A stretch of DNA of 63,617 bases, counting the filler. It is 6 parts of 6 records of this genome, joined end to end, with 100 filler letters (N's around TTAATTAATTAA, not from the genome) between each part and the next. Parts side by side here need not be neighbours in the genome. Positions count along the whole stretch, not along the records: positions 30,734 to 51,406 come from DRR723986_16080; positions 51,507 to 57,626 come from DRR723986_16081; positions 57,727 to 63,617 come from DRR723986_16317; 3 more parts are not named here. One strand, written 5' to 3'. The first letter of the stretch is position 1. Every line of letters begins with the position of its first letter. The notes below the pieces were generated by a model. The model made no database searches. It saw nothing but the letters and a program-made list of their open reading frames with translations, and had not been told where the DNA came from. Shown one piece after another: positions 51,327-61,013 of the stretch. Position numbers and translations under genes: made by a program.

Positions 51327-51406
51327 GTGCGGAATGAGGTTTGTGGTTTATTTACAATTACACGCAAAGGCAGAGCGCTGCGCCCCCTTTCACCTGCGGT
51401 GGGTGG

Positions 51407-51506
51407 NNNNNNNNNNNNNNNNNNNNNNNNNNNNNNNNNNNNNNNNNNNNTTAATTAATTAANNNNNNNNNNNNNNNNNNNNNNNNNNNNNNNNNNNNNN
51501 NNNNNN
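51407..51506. other. Artificial contig-join spacer
   Basis: N-run around TTAATTAATTAA, 100 bp. Confidence 0.99.
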
Positions 51507-51588
51507 CAGCCGCCTGGCGCCAGCCTGCGGTTCCCAACGTTGAGTTGTACCAGGAGGGAGGGAACCGCAGGCTGGCGCGTTGCGGCTG
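51507..51588. repeat. REP/REPIN-like inverted pair (Planctomycete type)
   Basis: 51507-51535 and 51560-51588 are 29-bp inverted copies with 3 mismatches, at a contig break. Confidence 0.8.
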
Positions 51589-51706
51589 ATTGCGGCGAAC
51601 CGCCGCTGACAGTATTGCTTTGCTCCACTGGAACCGCGCGTCACAGCCCACGCTCGTCAGCCCGGGAGAGGGTTCTTCTCTCACGCTCCTAGCCAAAGTG
51701 AAACAC

Positions 51707-52567
51707 CTACGGCTTGGGCCATTCAGCATATGCCGAAGGGCTACTGGCCTGTGGCGCGGGTTCTGGGACAACGGCGAGCTTTATGGCTCGACCGTGCCGC
51801 ATGATCTCTAACTCAATGGCAGCACCACCTGATGCATCGACAATCACCCGCAGGTCCTCTTGAGACAAGATCGGTTTTCCGCCAGACTTCAAAATGATGT
51901 CGTGCTTGAACAACCCAGCCTTCTCAGAAGGTGATCCAGCCACGACCCGCGTCACCAACAACCCTTGAGACTCATCAAGCTGCAATTGCGAGCGGAGTGA
52001 CGCTGGGACTTCCAAAGTGGCGACGCCAACCCGATAAGGAGTCTTGTCCGCAAACACGCCAGAGTCCAGCTCTTTGGTGAGACGTGCACCCTCACGAATT
52101 AGCTCGACCTGAATACGCTCTTTCTTTGACTGAAGAGTATCAACTGCCTCAGCCAGCGAACCCAACGACTTTCCGTCTACCGCAACAATCAAATCATCGA
52201 CTTGCATCTGCGACTCACTGGTGTCAGGCTCGTCGATGGCGGTAACCAGAAGCACAGGATCATCCCCCAGACGAAGGTGCTTGCGAAGTGTTCGATCAGT
52301 GACGGGGCGAAGACGATAGGCCCCGACCACTGCGTCCATAGGCTGCACGAAAGCGTGAGCCTGGCTGAAGCTGAAATCCAAGGTTAACGCCGAGCGAGGA
52401 AGGCTAGCCGAATTCACGTGGCAAGAACTACAGTCCATGCCAGCGACCGCCTTGTGCGAAAACAACTGTAGACCAGCCTGAGCGGTTGCATCCTGGCTGC
52501 ATGCGGTTGTCCCAGCAGTCGCCACAACCATGCAGGCGACTGGCAGGATGCTTCTTGAGAAGTACAT
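51707..52567 (-). CDS. Double-PDZ domain protein, probable lipoprotein, with CxxCH motif
   Basis: TTAC lipobox-like site, CSSCH at aa 46-50, PDZ1 (DDLIVAVDGK..VELIREG) and PDZ2 (LRSQLQL..GLLVTRVVAGSPSEKAGL..HDII..EIMRHG). Confidence 0.8.
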   Translation of the reverse strand: MYFSRSILPVACMVVATAGTTACSQDATAQAGLQLFSHKAVAGMDCSSCHVNSASLPRSALTLDFSFSQAHAFVQPMDAVVGAYRLRPVTDRTLRKHLRLGDDPVLLVTAIDEPDTSESQMQVDDLIVAVDGKSLGSLAEAVDTLQSKKERIQVELIREGARLTKELDSGVFADKTPYRVGVATLEVPASLRSQLQLDESQGLLVTRVVAGSPSEKAGLFKHDIILKSGGKPILSQEDLRVIVDASGGAAIELEIMRHGRAIKLAVVPEPAPQASSPSAYAEWPKP

Positions 52568-52634
52568 TCGTTTCCCTCTTGGTAAGAACTAACGTTTCGA
52601 TAAACAGCATTGCAAATGAGCGTATGAGAGCCTG

Positions 52635-53372
52635 TTAGAGCATTTCGTCGGCAGGATCGATCAGCCGGAAGTCGTCCAGCGGAATCGTGTATTTCACTCC
52701 GTTGAGACTGACAGAGATGAGGTTGCGCCGAGGCACAGCTCGCATCCCGACCGAGGCGAGTCGCTGGCGAATCTGATCGCCGACTTGAGGTGGATTCAGT
52801 TCTAGCCAGTCAGACGCCTGGTCGTTCCCGCTGAGCACCGGTGCAAGCTCAGGGCCAAGCTGTCCACGCCACTGCGCGTAGCCAACGACCGGTTCAAGAA
52901 GCTGGACGTCTCCGGCAGTGTGGGAGGCGCTGCCCGCATCCGACGCAACAAATTGATTTCCACCATATATTGAGTCCCGCGAAGTGTTACCGACCACCGC
53001 TTCACCCGGAGTCTGCTGGCGGAACGAACTACTGAACCACCAGCCCGAGGCAAAACACAGCACGAGACAGCCTGCCAAAGCTACCAGGGCACTGGTGGGG
53101 CGAACCATTTGAGAGGCCACTGAACGAGGTTCGACCTTCGGCAGCGATGACGGAGACGGCTTGGTCGTGACTTCTGCCTTGTTGGGCTCGTCCAAGATCT
53201 CATCTATCCGCCGTCGAACGACCTGCTGCTGGGCAAACAGCATCGCGAGCGTCTTCCAAAGCTCCGGCGATGCATCGAGATCGACGAACAACTTCCTACG
53301 TTGCTCAACCGTCAGCTCGTCTTCCACCAACAGTTCGATCTGATCTGCCAGCGTATGTAGTGGTGTCGACAT
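52635..53372 (-). CDS. Putative membrane-anchored anti-sigma factor
   Basis: Immediately downstream of the ECF sigma; N-terminal ELLVEDEL..EQRR.L...LD..P..WK.LA..F, single TM (LVALAGCLVLCFASGWWF); GAGGAG RBS. Confidence 0.7.
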   Translation of the reverse strand: MSTPLHTLADQIELLVEDELTVEQRRKLFVDLDASPELWKTLAMLFAQQQVVRRRIDEILDEPNKAEVTTKPSPSSLPKVEPRSVASQMVRPTSALVALAGCLVLCFASGWWFSSSFRQQTPGEAVVGNTSRDSIYGGNQFVASDAGSASHTAGDVQLLEPVVGYAQWRGQLGPELAPVLSGNDQASDWLELNPPQVGDQIRQRLASVGMRAVPRRNLISVSLNGVKYTIPLDDFRLIDPADEML

Positions 53373-53401
53373 GCATTTTCTCCTCAATACTGGACTTCCA
53401 G

Positions 53402-53902
53402 TTATTCCCCGTGTCGATGGTCGAACCAAGTTCGCAGCCGACGACGAGCCCGCAGAAGCCTGCTTTGAACGGTGGTCTCCGAAACGCCCAAGTGTTCAGC
53501 GATCTGCCGGCACGAAAGTGATTGCCGATACTTCAACAGCAAGACTTGGCGATCAATCGGCCGCATCGCAGCTAGTCCGCGACGAACGGCCTCTCGTTGC
53601 TCCTGTTCGCAAAGCTCCTCAAGGCCACCGCTGGGCTGACCTGCCACCGCCTGCGACTGGTACTTCTCGATCCTTTTTCGGTAGCGAACTTCTTTGCGGC
53701 GAAACAACATGACCTGCCGAATCGCGACCTGATACAACCAGCCTTTGCCAACCTGCGAATGATCACGTCGAAATGCTTGGCTAACCAATGCGAGAGCAAT
53801 TTCTTGCAGCACATCTTCAGTCGCCGCCCTGTCACCGAGACGTGAGTACACGACGGACCGCAGCCACGTTTCGTTGTCTGCAAATGTGCTGGTGATATCC
53901 AT
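53402..53902 (-). CDS. ECF-family RNA polymerase sigma factor
   Basis: EDVLQE, WLYQVA (region 2); LLLKY..LS..QIAEHLGVSETTVQSRLLRAR (region 4). Confidence 0.93.
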   Translation of the reverse strand: MDITSTFADNETWLRSVVYSRLGDRAATEDVLQEIALALVSQAFRRDHSQVGKGWLYQVAIRQVMLFRRKEVRYRKRIEKYQSQAVAGQPSGGLEELCEQEQREAVRRGLAAMRPIDRQVLLLKYRQSLSCRQIAEHLGVSETTVQSRLLRARRRLRTWFDHRHGE

Positions 53903-54175
53903 TCGTTCCCGATAGCTAACTGGAGCTTCGCGACAATCTGCATCCGGCTTCTTCGCCCAAATCAACTTCCACTGAAGCCTTTCATGTCCTTAAGTTGCCG
54001 CCCAGCTTATTGCATCACCAACTTTCTTGGGATCAAATTAATTTCGCCCACCTGGGTGCAAAGCAATCAGCAGTACAGCAATCAGCAGCACCACGCAGCC
54101 GACCGTGAAACTGGCAACCTATTCGCTGGTGAAGCGCCCACGGCCGACAAGCATTCACAACAGCAGAGGATTCAC

Positions 54176-55540
54176 ATGAATAGAAGGCACCTATGTTGGC
54201 TTATTGCGATCTGCGTGATGACTTGGCCCGGGCAAGTCCATGCGGACGACACCGTGGATGACACCGCAGCGGCAAAGAAACTATCTCAGCAAAGCCAGCA
54301 GTTTGCTGAGAAGATACTTCAGATCGGTGATAACGTTTTCGTTGCGATCGGATACAGCGTTTCCAATGTGTCGATGATCGTGGGCAGCGATGGCGTCGTG
54401 ATCATCGACACGGGAATGATGGGTGATTCGGCTGCGCGAATTGCAGAAGAATTCAAAAAGATCACCGACAAACCCGTCAAAGCGATCATTTACACGCATT
54501 CGCATGGCGACCATACGCGAGGCGCACCAGCGTTTCTCGGCGCGGTGAGGCCTCAGATCTGGGCGCACCAGAACTTTGGCAGCGAAGCCCGACCTTGGAA
54601 GGCAGGCGGGCTGACGTTCCAGAATGTGCGTGGTGCTCGACAAGCTGGCTTCAAGTTGCCACGAGAGGAACGCATCAACAACGGCGTTGCTCCGGTGCGC
54701 TATCCGAAACGCGGCGGCGAAGTATTCTCAGCGAGCAAAGGAACGGATCCGACGCACTTCGTTGAAATGCCGAGCCAGAGAATCACCGTGGCAGGAATCA
54801 CCTTGGAACTAAACCATGCTCCTGGGGAAACTCTGGATGGGCTCTTCGTTTGGTACCCAGAGGGTGAAGTGCTCTTTGCCGGTGATAACTTTTACCGATC
54901 GTTTCCGAACCTTTACGCGATTCGCGGGACCCCAAATCGCAGTGTCCGCCTCTGGGCAGATAGCCTCGACAATATGGCCAAACGCGAAGCATCGGCGCTT
55001 GTTGGCGGCCACACGAATCCGGTCGTTGGCCGCACCGAGGTACACCAAGTGCTTGCTGACTATGGTGAGGCAGTGCAGTTTATCCACGACAAGACCGTGG
55101 AAGGAATTAACGCTGGCATGACACCGGACGAACTGATCGAGCACGTACAACTACCGGAACGGCTGGCAAGTAAAGATTACCTGCAGCCGTTCTATGGGCA
55201 TCCTGATTGGGGCATTCGCAGTGTGTTCAACGGCTACCTTGGCTGGTTCGACGGCAACGCAACCAACCTCTTTCCTTTGCCACCACAGGAAGAAGCGGAG
55301 CGTATGATTGCTCTTGCCGGGGGAAAGGAAAAGCTACTTCAGTCGGCGAAGGATGCGTTGGCGGATGACGACAACCAATGGGCTGCACAACTGGCCGACT
55401 ATCTACTGGCAATCGACAAAGGCGACACGATCGCGAAGCAACTCAAGGCCAACGCATTGACAAAACTTGCTCGCGGAACGGTCAACGCCACGGCCAGGAA
55501 TTATTACCTGACCGTAGCTCGCGAGCTCCGCGAGGAATAG
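54176..55540 (+). CDS. Alkyl/aryl sulfatase (SdsA-like metallo-beta-lactamase fold plus dimerisation domain), exported
   Basis: Signal peptide, IIDTG, YTHSHGDH, APGET, FPNLYAIRG, YLGWFDGNATNL; GAGGA RBS. Confidence 0.9.
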   Translation: MNRRHLCWLIAICVMTWPGQVHADDTVDDTAAAKKLSQQSQQFAEKILQIGDNVFVAIGYSVSNVSMIVGSDGVVIIDTGMMGDSAARIAEEFKKITDKPVKAIIYTHSHGDHTRGAPAFLGAVRPQIWAHQNFGSEARPWKAGGLTFQNVRGARQAGFKLPREERINNGVAPVRYPKRGGEVFSASKGTDPTHFVEMPSQRITVAGITLELNHAPGETLDGLFVWYPEGEVLFAGDNFYRSFPNLYAIRGTPNRSVRLWADSLDNMAKREASALVGGHTNPVVGRTEVHQVLADYGEAVQFIHDKTVEGINAGMTPDELIEHVQLPERLASKDYLQPFYGHPDWGIRSVFNGYLGWFDGNATNLFPLPPQEEAERMIALAGGKEKLLQSAKDALADDDNQWAAQLADYLLAIDKGDTIAKQLKANALTKLARGTVNATARNYYLTVARELREE

Positions 55541-55575
55541 CTCACTATTTCGCTGCATCGAACAGACTGGAGCGA

Positions 55576-57626
55576 CTATCGAGCTTCGGTGGATCGAAGT
55601 TGAAGGGTGTGCCGGATGAGCGCCCATCGCTCGTTGTCCTTCATGAAGTTCGGGTCGATTACTCCAAGATCAGGCTCTTCAGTAGTCTGCCAGTGGAGCT
55701 GGGGCTTGGCGGGCAAGTCGGCCATGGAGAATTCACAAGTACCACTTGGATGCGTAACCATGAACCGGGCCATGCGACCGAGTTCGGGATAAAGAAGCAG
55801 CACGCGGCCTTGGGCATCGCTCGGAGACGCAGTGCGATAGCTGCCTCTCATATCGGGGCCGAGATACTTTAACCGAGCGTCCTGAACCGGTTTACCACTG
55901 GCATCCAATATGGTTAGTTCGATCAGGGGTGCCGGCACAAGGCTGATGCGCTGGCGGAGCTTCTTGTCTACGCGGAGTTTCTCTTTCAATTCGAACTGAA
56001 GAGGATAATAGCCTTGGCGAGTCGCCATAAACTGAGCGTCACTCATTTCCGGGATTAAGGTTGTAGAGAAGTCGAGCCCCAATCGGCTCGGATCATCACC
56101 ACCTGGATCACCGACGTAGTCTTGCAGGGCAGCTCTTGTCCAGTCGTCGACGCGATCGTCCTTGAAGAACAGTTGAGCGAAGTGACGACGCTTCCCATTT
56201 GTGGAGTCGACAATTTCGATATCGGTCGGACACTCCTGACGCAGCGTTATGTCAATCCGCAAGCCCTGTGCTGTTTTCTCAGATTGCACGAGCGGGTCTT
56301 CTAAGACGGATTTCGATAAGTCCATTTCCCATCCAACAAGGCGCTGAGGTGGTCGCCAAGCCGCGTCTTTGTCACGGAAAACGTCGATCCAGTACCCGAC
56401 CCGCCCTGGGACTTTCTTGAAGAAGTCATTGAACTTGGCAATCCCCTTTGCGTCGGTAGCAACAATTTGCATCTTAAACTTCGGCGGCCTTCCAGCATAA
56501 AAACTCTTGCCATCGTAAAGTCGAACTCTTGTTTTTGTGACTGGCTTTCCGTCGACGTCACGGAGCGCGACTAGCAACGAGCTTCCGACCTGCGGCTCAC
56601 CGGGCTGCTCTGTTGTCGTCTCGTCCGTACTGGTTGCCGACACTGTTACCGGAGTTGCTGCAACTTTCTTCGATTCTTCGACGTGCTTTCGAATCAAGTC
56701 GGGGCGGCGCAGTGAATCTGCTCCGTGAGACTTAAAGATGTCCTGAATCTTCTTTGCGTTTTCGACAGTGGTGGCGTTGATTTGGTCGATTGGCCGGAAA
56801 CCACTATCATTGCGAATCGTCGGGTCAGCTCCTCGGCTCAGCAATAGTTCCACAAGTTCGATTGACCCATTGGCGACTGCAAACTGCAGTGGAGTAGAGT
56901 TCCGAATCGACAAGCTATCGACGCTTGCGCCAGCGTCCAGCAGCAGCTCGACCAACTCGGGCGATTTGGCTACTCGAACAGCAAAGTGCATCGCTGTTTC
57001 TCCATCGCGGATCGTCGCAGAATCCACTTTCGCTTTTCGCGCTAGTAGCAAGCCAGCGATTTGAGTCGAAACTGGAGGCTTGTTCACAAAGGCGTTGCAG
57101 AGCAAGGGCGTCCAGCCGTCAGATTTCCGCGGAATATCGGGGCTCGCACCCGCTGCAAGAAGAGCTCTAACGCTTTCGACTTTGCCAAAGCGAACAGCCT
57201 TCCAAAGTGGCGTTGTACCACTTGCATCGACGTCGTCAATGGCCGCCCCCTTTTTGATCAAGTCTGCAATTTTCGAAGTGTCCGATATGGCCACAGCGTG
57301 CAGTTGCTTGGTCGCAGATTGGCCGGCAGCAGGAGCTTCGTTGGTGGCTCCCTGGTCTGAGTTGAATGCCCAAAGCCAGGGAGCGCTCGACGCCACCAGC
57401 CCTAGCAGAAGAACGAACACTCCGACGCGCGAGAGCCTTAACGGTTCGCGAAGAGGTTCTCCCAGCAACCTGGCGACGCGCCTTCTCAGCTCCGAAGGCG
57501 ACCGACCGCTAGCGGCCAGCGCAGTTGCTTGTTCACTGTGCGGCGTGTCGCTCAAGCGAACGCACTGCAAAAGTGCCCCAGCGTACTGCAGGTTCGGTTC
57601 ATCAACAGAAGTAGAGGCAATTGCCT
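55576..57626 (-). CDS. M56/BlaR1-type membrane protein with ankyrin repeats (5'-truncated)
   Basis: Frame open from the contig edge; YAGALL..ALAA..SELRRRVARLL then TM (end of an M56 domain); GTTPLW, GWTPLL, GETAMH, STPLQ ankyrin repeats. Confidence 0.75.
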
Positions 57627-57726
57627 NNNNNNNNNNNNNNNNNNNNNNNNNNNNNNNNNNNNNNNNNNNNTTAATTAATTAANNNNNNNNNNNNNNNNNN
57701 NNNNNNNNNNNNNNNNNNNNNNNNNN
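57627..57726. other. Artificial contig-join spacer
   Basis: N-run around TTAATTAATTAA, 100 bp. Confidence 0.99.
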
Positions 57727-57787
57727 CGCCGGGTACCGCCCCCGGGTCCGATCCGCGTATTACGAGCGCGTTTATGTTCATAGTCCC
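57727..57787 (-). ncRNA. ssrA: tmRNA acceptor piece of the permuted alphaproteobacterial ssrA gene (truncated)
   Basis: Minus strand GGGACTATGAACATAAACGCGCTCGTAATACGCGGATCGGACCCGGGGGCGGTACCCGGCG matches the GGACCCGGGGGCGGTACCCGG T-arm of two-piece tmRNA. The expected CTCCACCA lies beyond the contig edge. Confidence 0.8.
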
Positions 57788-57800
57788 GAGGGACATCTTG

Positions 57801-57829
57801 AATATAGGGGCGCAGATGGGGCATTGCAA
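57801..57829 (-). promoter_or_regulatory. Sigma70-type promoter of ssrA
   Basis: Minus strand TTGCAA-N17-TATATT, 13 nt upstream of the tmRNA piece. Confidence 0.7.
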
Positions 57830-57878
57830 ACGGTTGCTGTCGAAAATCTTGTATTTTCGAGGCGCAAGGCAGACGTGG

Positions 57879-60800
57879 TCAACCAGCAAGCGGTGTTCGA
57901 TTTTCTGTTTGGTTGTCATTGCTTGGCCCCCGGTGGGCAATTTCTGCGCCTGGTGGCGCGGGCACGGCGGAGATCTGGAATTTTGCCCCCGCGGCGACCA
58001 AACCATCAGCTTCGGCCTTCAAGGCGCGGCTGATTTGGGTGGTGTCGGACAACAGTTGCGCATTGTGGCGCGTCACCCCGTCCAATTCGCGCACAGCGGT
58101 GTCGATCTGCGACAGGCTTTGGCTCTGGTCGGTCGAGAATTTGGCGATATCCACAACTTGCACGGATATATCACTGATTTTCCCGAGGATTTCGTCCAGC
58201 GATTTGCCCGCACGGGCAACCAATTCTGCGCCCTGAGAGATTTGTTTGGTGGTTTGGGCAATGACTGAATTGATGTCAGCGGCGGCGTTTGAACTGCGCT
58301 GGGACAGGGCGCGGACCTCGGTTGCGACCACAGCAAAACCGCGTCCCGCTTCGCCAGCGCGGGCGGCCTCAACCCCGGCGTTGAGGGCCAGAAGGTTGGT
58401 TTGAAAGGCAATTTCTTCGATCAATTTTGTGATGTTTGAAATCGCAGCGGAGGATTTTTCAATCTCGTCCATAGCGACGACCGCGTCGCCCATCACGCGG
58501 CTGGATGTTGTTGCGCTTTCGCGGGTGGTCGAGACCATATCGCTGATGGATTGGGACCGTTCGGCGGTTTCGGTCAAGGATCGGGTGGTTTGGCTGATGT
58601 CCCCTGCGGTTGCGGCCAATGTTGCGGATTGCGCGTTTGTGCGTGTGAGCAAATCGTCACTGGCGCTGGCGACCTCTTGCGCACTGCTGTCAATGGTGTG
58701 AGAGCTGCGCACAAGGCCGCTCATGGTTTGGCACAGCCCGTCCACCGCGCTGTTAAAGTCGCGGCGAAGTTGGTCGTATTCACCTGCAAAGGCCTGATGG
58801 ATGGATGCGGTCAGATCACCCTCGGCCAACCGGCTGAGCGCATTGCCAAGGTTGGTCACCACCGCGCGTTGATCCTGGGCGGTTTGTTCCTGTTCGGCGG
58901 TGGCCCTTTCCATCACTTTGCGTGCCTGCGAGACATCATTGCCAATCATAACAACCGTCAGCGGCTGATCCTGATCATCGGTAACAACGGTCAGCCCGCC
59001 ATCCAGCCAGATCTGATGGCCCCCAGCGCCTTGCACAAGGAATTGACCCCAGACCGCACCGGCATCCAGCACCCCGGGCCAAAAGCCGCCCGGATGTGTG
59101 ACTTTGGTCGGATCCAGCACCAACATTTGAGCCACATCGCGACCGGCAAAATCGCCCCTGTCGCTGCACAGGAGATTTTCCAGTTTGGCGTTGATATCAG
59201 TGACTTTTCCCTCTGGTGAAAACTCGATAATGCATTGCCGATGTTCAATCGCATTCAGCAGCGCCGATTTCCTGAAATCAGCGGTACGGTCGATCCATTC
59301 CACCACTGCGCCACAAGCCGTTTCGCCGTCAAAAAGGGTGCGGAGCGCCAATGACAGGCGGCGGTCTTCAAACGCGAGGTCGATGGTTTCATGGGTGATG
59401 CGGCCCTGAGCGATTTGCCGGACGCTCTCGGCTTGATCGCCAAGGATCTGTATAAGGTCGATACCGCTTGTACCGCCCTCACGACTATGACCTGAAACAA
59501 GGGTTTCGAGCAGGGTATTGGCCGCGGCATTGGTGTGTTCGACGGTCAGATTTTCATCGACGATCATCAAACTTGCGCTGGCGGCCTGCAATGCAGCGCC
59601 AAGCACGGCGGCACGTTCTTCGGTTGTGCGGGCTTCCAGCAAGGAGCGGCGCAAACGGTCCAAGGTGATGGCAATGTCGCCAATTTCATCGCCGGACCGC
59701 GCCGCTGGTCCGCGATCTGTCAAATCCCCTTCTGCGACCGAGATCATGGATTGGCGCACCTTGTTCAACGGGCGCGTCAGGCTTTTTGACACCACAATCG
59801 CGATGAGAGCGGCGACAACTAACAGCAACCCACCGCGTTCAATAACGGATTTTTCCAGAATACTGGCCTGTGCAAACAGCTCAGCGGTATCTTGTTGCGC
59901 GACAATTGCCCATGAGCTGCCTTCGAACTGAACCTGACCGAAGGCCGAAATGACCGATCTGCCTTGCGCGGTTTCGTCGGTTTGGACCCCTTGCGAGCCT
60001 GACAGCGCATTGGCGACCGGCCCGTTTGGGCCTGCTTGTTCTTGCTGCGCTCCGGCTTCAAGACCGGAGTCCGAACCGACCCGGATGCGCCCGTCGCCCC
60101 CAACCGCGAACAAGACCCCGGATTGCCCAAGCCCCTCTGCCGCAGCTGCGGACGGTTGCAGGGCCGCTGTTTCAATGCGTACCGCAAAAACACCGATGAT
60201 CGCACCATTCGACGCCAAAATGGGGGTCGCCATAAAGGCGGAATAGGGTGAGCCCCGAAGCGGATAATCGCTGAAATCCTCAAACACGAACTGTGGCGCA
60301 TTTTCAGGATCGGTCATGATCCGTGCAAAGACCCGTGCCAAACCTTGGTCAGCCTGCACGGGGTCGGCCAGGTTGACGGCGTAGTCCTCGTTTTTCATGA
60401 CACTATATAGAACGTACCCTTTTTCATCGAGCAGGTAGAAATCGGCAAAGTTGTTCTTTTCGGTCAGCGACCGGAAATAGGGATGCGCCTTTCGATGCGC
60501 GCGGTTGTAGGCGTCGCGCCCCTTAACAAAATTGGTAAGCTGCCGTTGTCCGTAGGGATGTTCGTTCTCGGTGATGTAGCGGGTTTGCAGATACTCGGTC
60601 TTGTCGCCGGGGATCGCCTCTGCCGCGCCGATGAGCGACGTCATCGTGGATCTGAAGACCGGCGAGTTTGACTGAGACACAATGCTGGTGCGCATCGCAT
60701 TCAGTGCCGCCCCGGTGGATGCAATCTGCGCCTGTGCAATGCTGGACAGGCGGGTGCGGGCCTGACTTTCCAGAATGTCATGCGCCGCGCTCACTGCCAT

Positions 60801-60881
60801 CAGGCCCATGGCCCCCGCGGCCAAACAGCACAGGCCGACGATGATCAAAGGCAGCTTGGCCGAAATGCGCAGTGTCTTCAT
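57879..60881 (-). CDS. Methyl-accepting chemotaxis protein (Cache-like sensor, HAMP, two PAS-like domains, MCP signal)
   Basis: Two TMs flanking a periplasmic domain, DEIG HAMP, IAFQTNLLALNAGVEAARAGEAGRGFAVVATEVR. Confidence 0.95.
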   Translation of the reverse strand: MKTLRISAKLPLIIVGLCCLAAGAMGLMAVSAAHDILESQARTRLSSIAQAQIASTGAALNAMRTSIVSQSNSPVFRSTMTSLIGAAEAIPGDKTEYLQTRYITENEHPYGQRQLTNFVKGRDAYNRAHRKAHPYFRSLTEKNNFADFYLLDEKGYVLYSVMKNEDYAVNLADPVQADQGLARVFARIMTDPENAPQFVFEDFSDYPLRGSPYSAFMATPILASNGAIIGVFAVRIETAALQPSAAAAEGLGQSGVLFAVGGDGRIRVGSDSGLEAGAQQEQAGPNGPVANALSGSQGVQTDETAQGRSVISAFGQVQFEGSSWAIVAQQDTAELFAQASILEKSVIERGGLLLVVAALIAIVVSKSLTRPLNKVRQSMISVAEGDLTDRGPAARSGDEIGDIAITLDRLRRSLLEARTTEERAAVLGAALQAASASLMIVDENLTVEHTNAAANTLLETLVSGHSREGGTSGIDLIQILGDQAESVRQIAQGRITHETIDLAFEDRRLSLALRTLFDGETACGAVVEWIDRTADFRKSALLNAIEHRQCIIEFSPEGKVTDINAKLENLLCSDRGDFAGRDVAQMLVLDPTKVTHPGGFWPGVLDAGAVWGQFLVQGAGGHQIWLDGGLTVVTDDQDQPLTVVMIGNDVSQARKVMERATAEQEQTAQDQRAVVTNLGNALSRLAEGDLTASIHQAFAGEYDQLRRDFNSAVDGLCQTMSGLVRSSHTIDSSAQEVASASDDLLTRTNAQSATLAATAGDISQTTRSLTETAERSQSISDMVSTTRESATTSSRVMGDAVVAMDEIEKSSAAISNITKLIEEIAFQTNLLALNAGVEAARAGEAGRGFAVVATEVRALSQRSSNAAADINSVIAQTTKQISQGAELVARAGKSLDEILGKISDISVQVVDIAKFSTDQSQSLSQIDTAVRELDGVTRHNAQLLSDTTQISRALKAEADGLVAAGAKFQISAVPAPPGAEIAHRGPSNDNQTENRTPLAG

Positions 60882-61013
60882 CTGGGATGCGTCTCTCAAT
60901 CTTCATGCTGTGCCCGTCCGCAAAGTGGCGCAGCCAGGCAACAGGCACAGCCCTAGGGCATGAAGATTAAGAAAGCTTTGCGCGGCCCTGGGGCGCGGCA
61001 CAGGATGTGTCCG

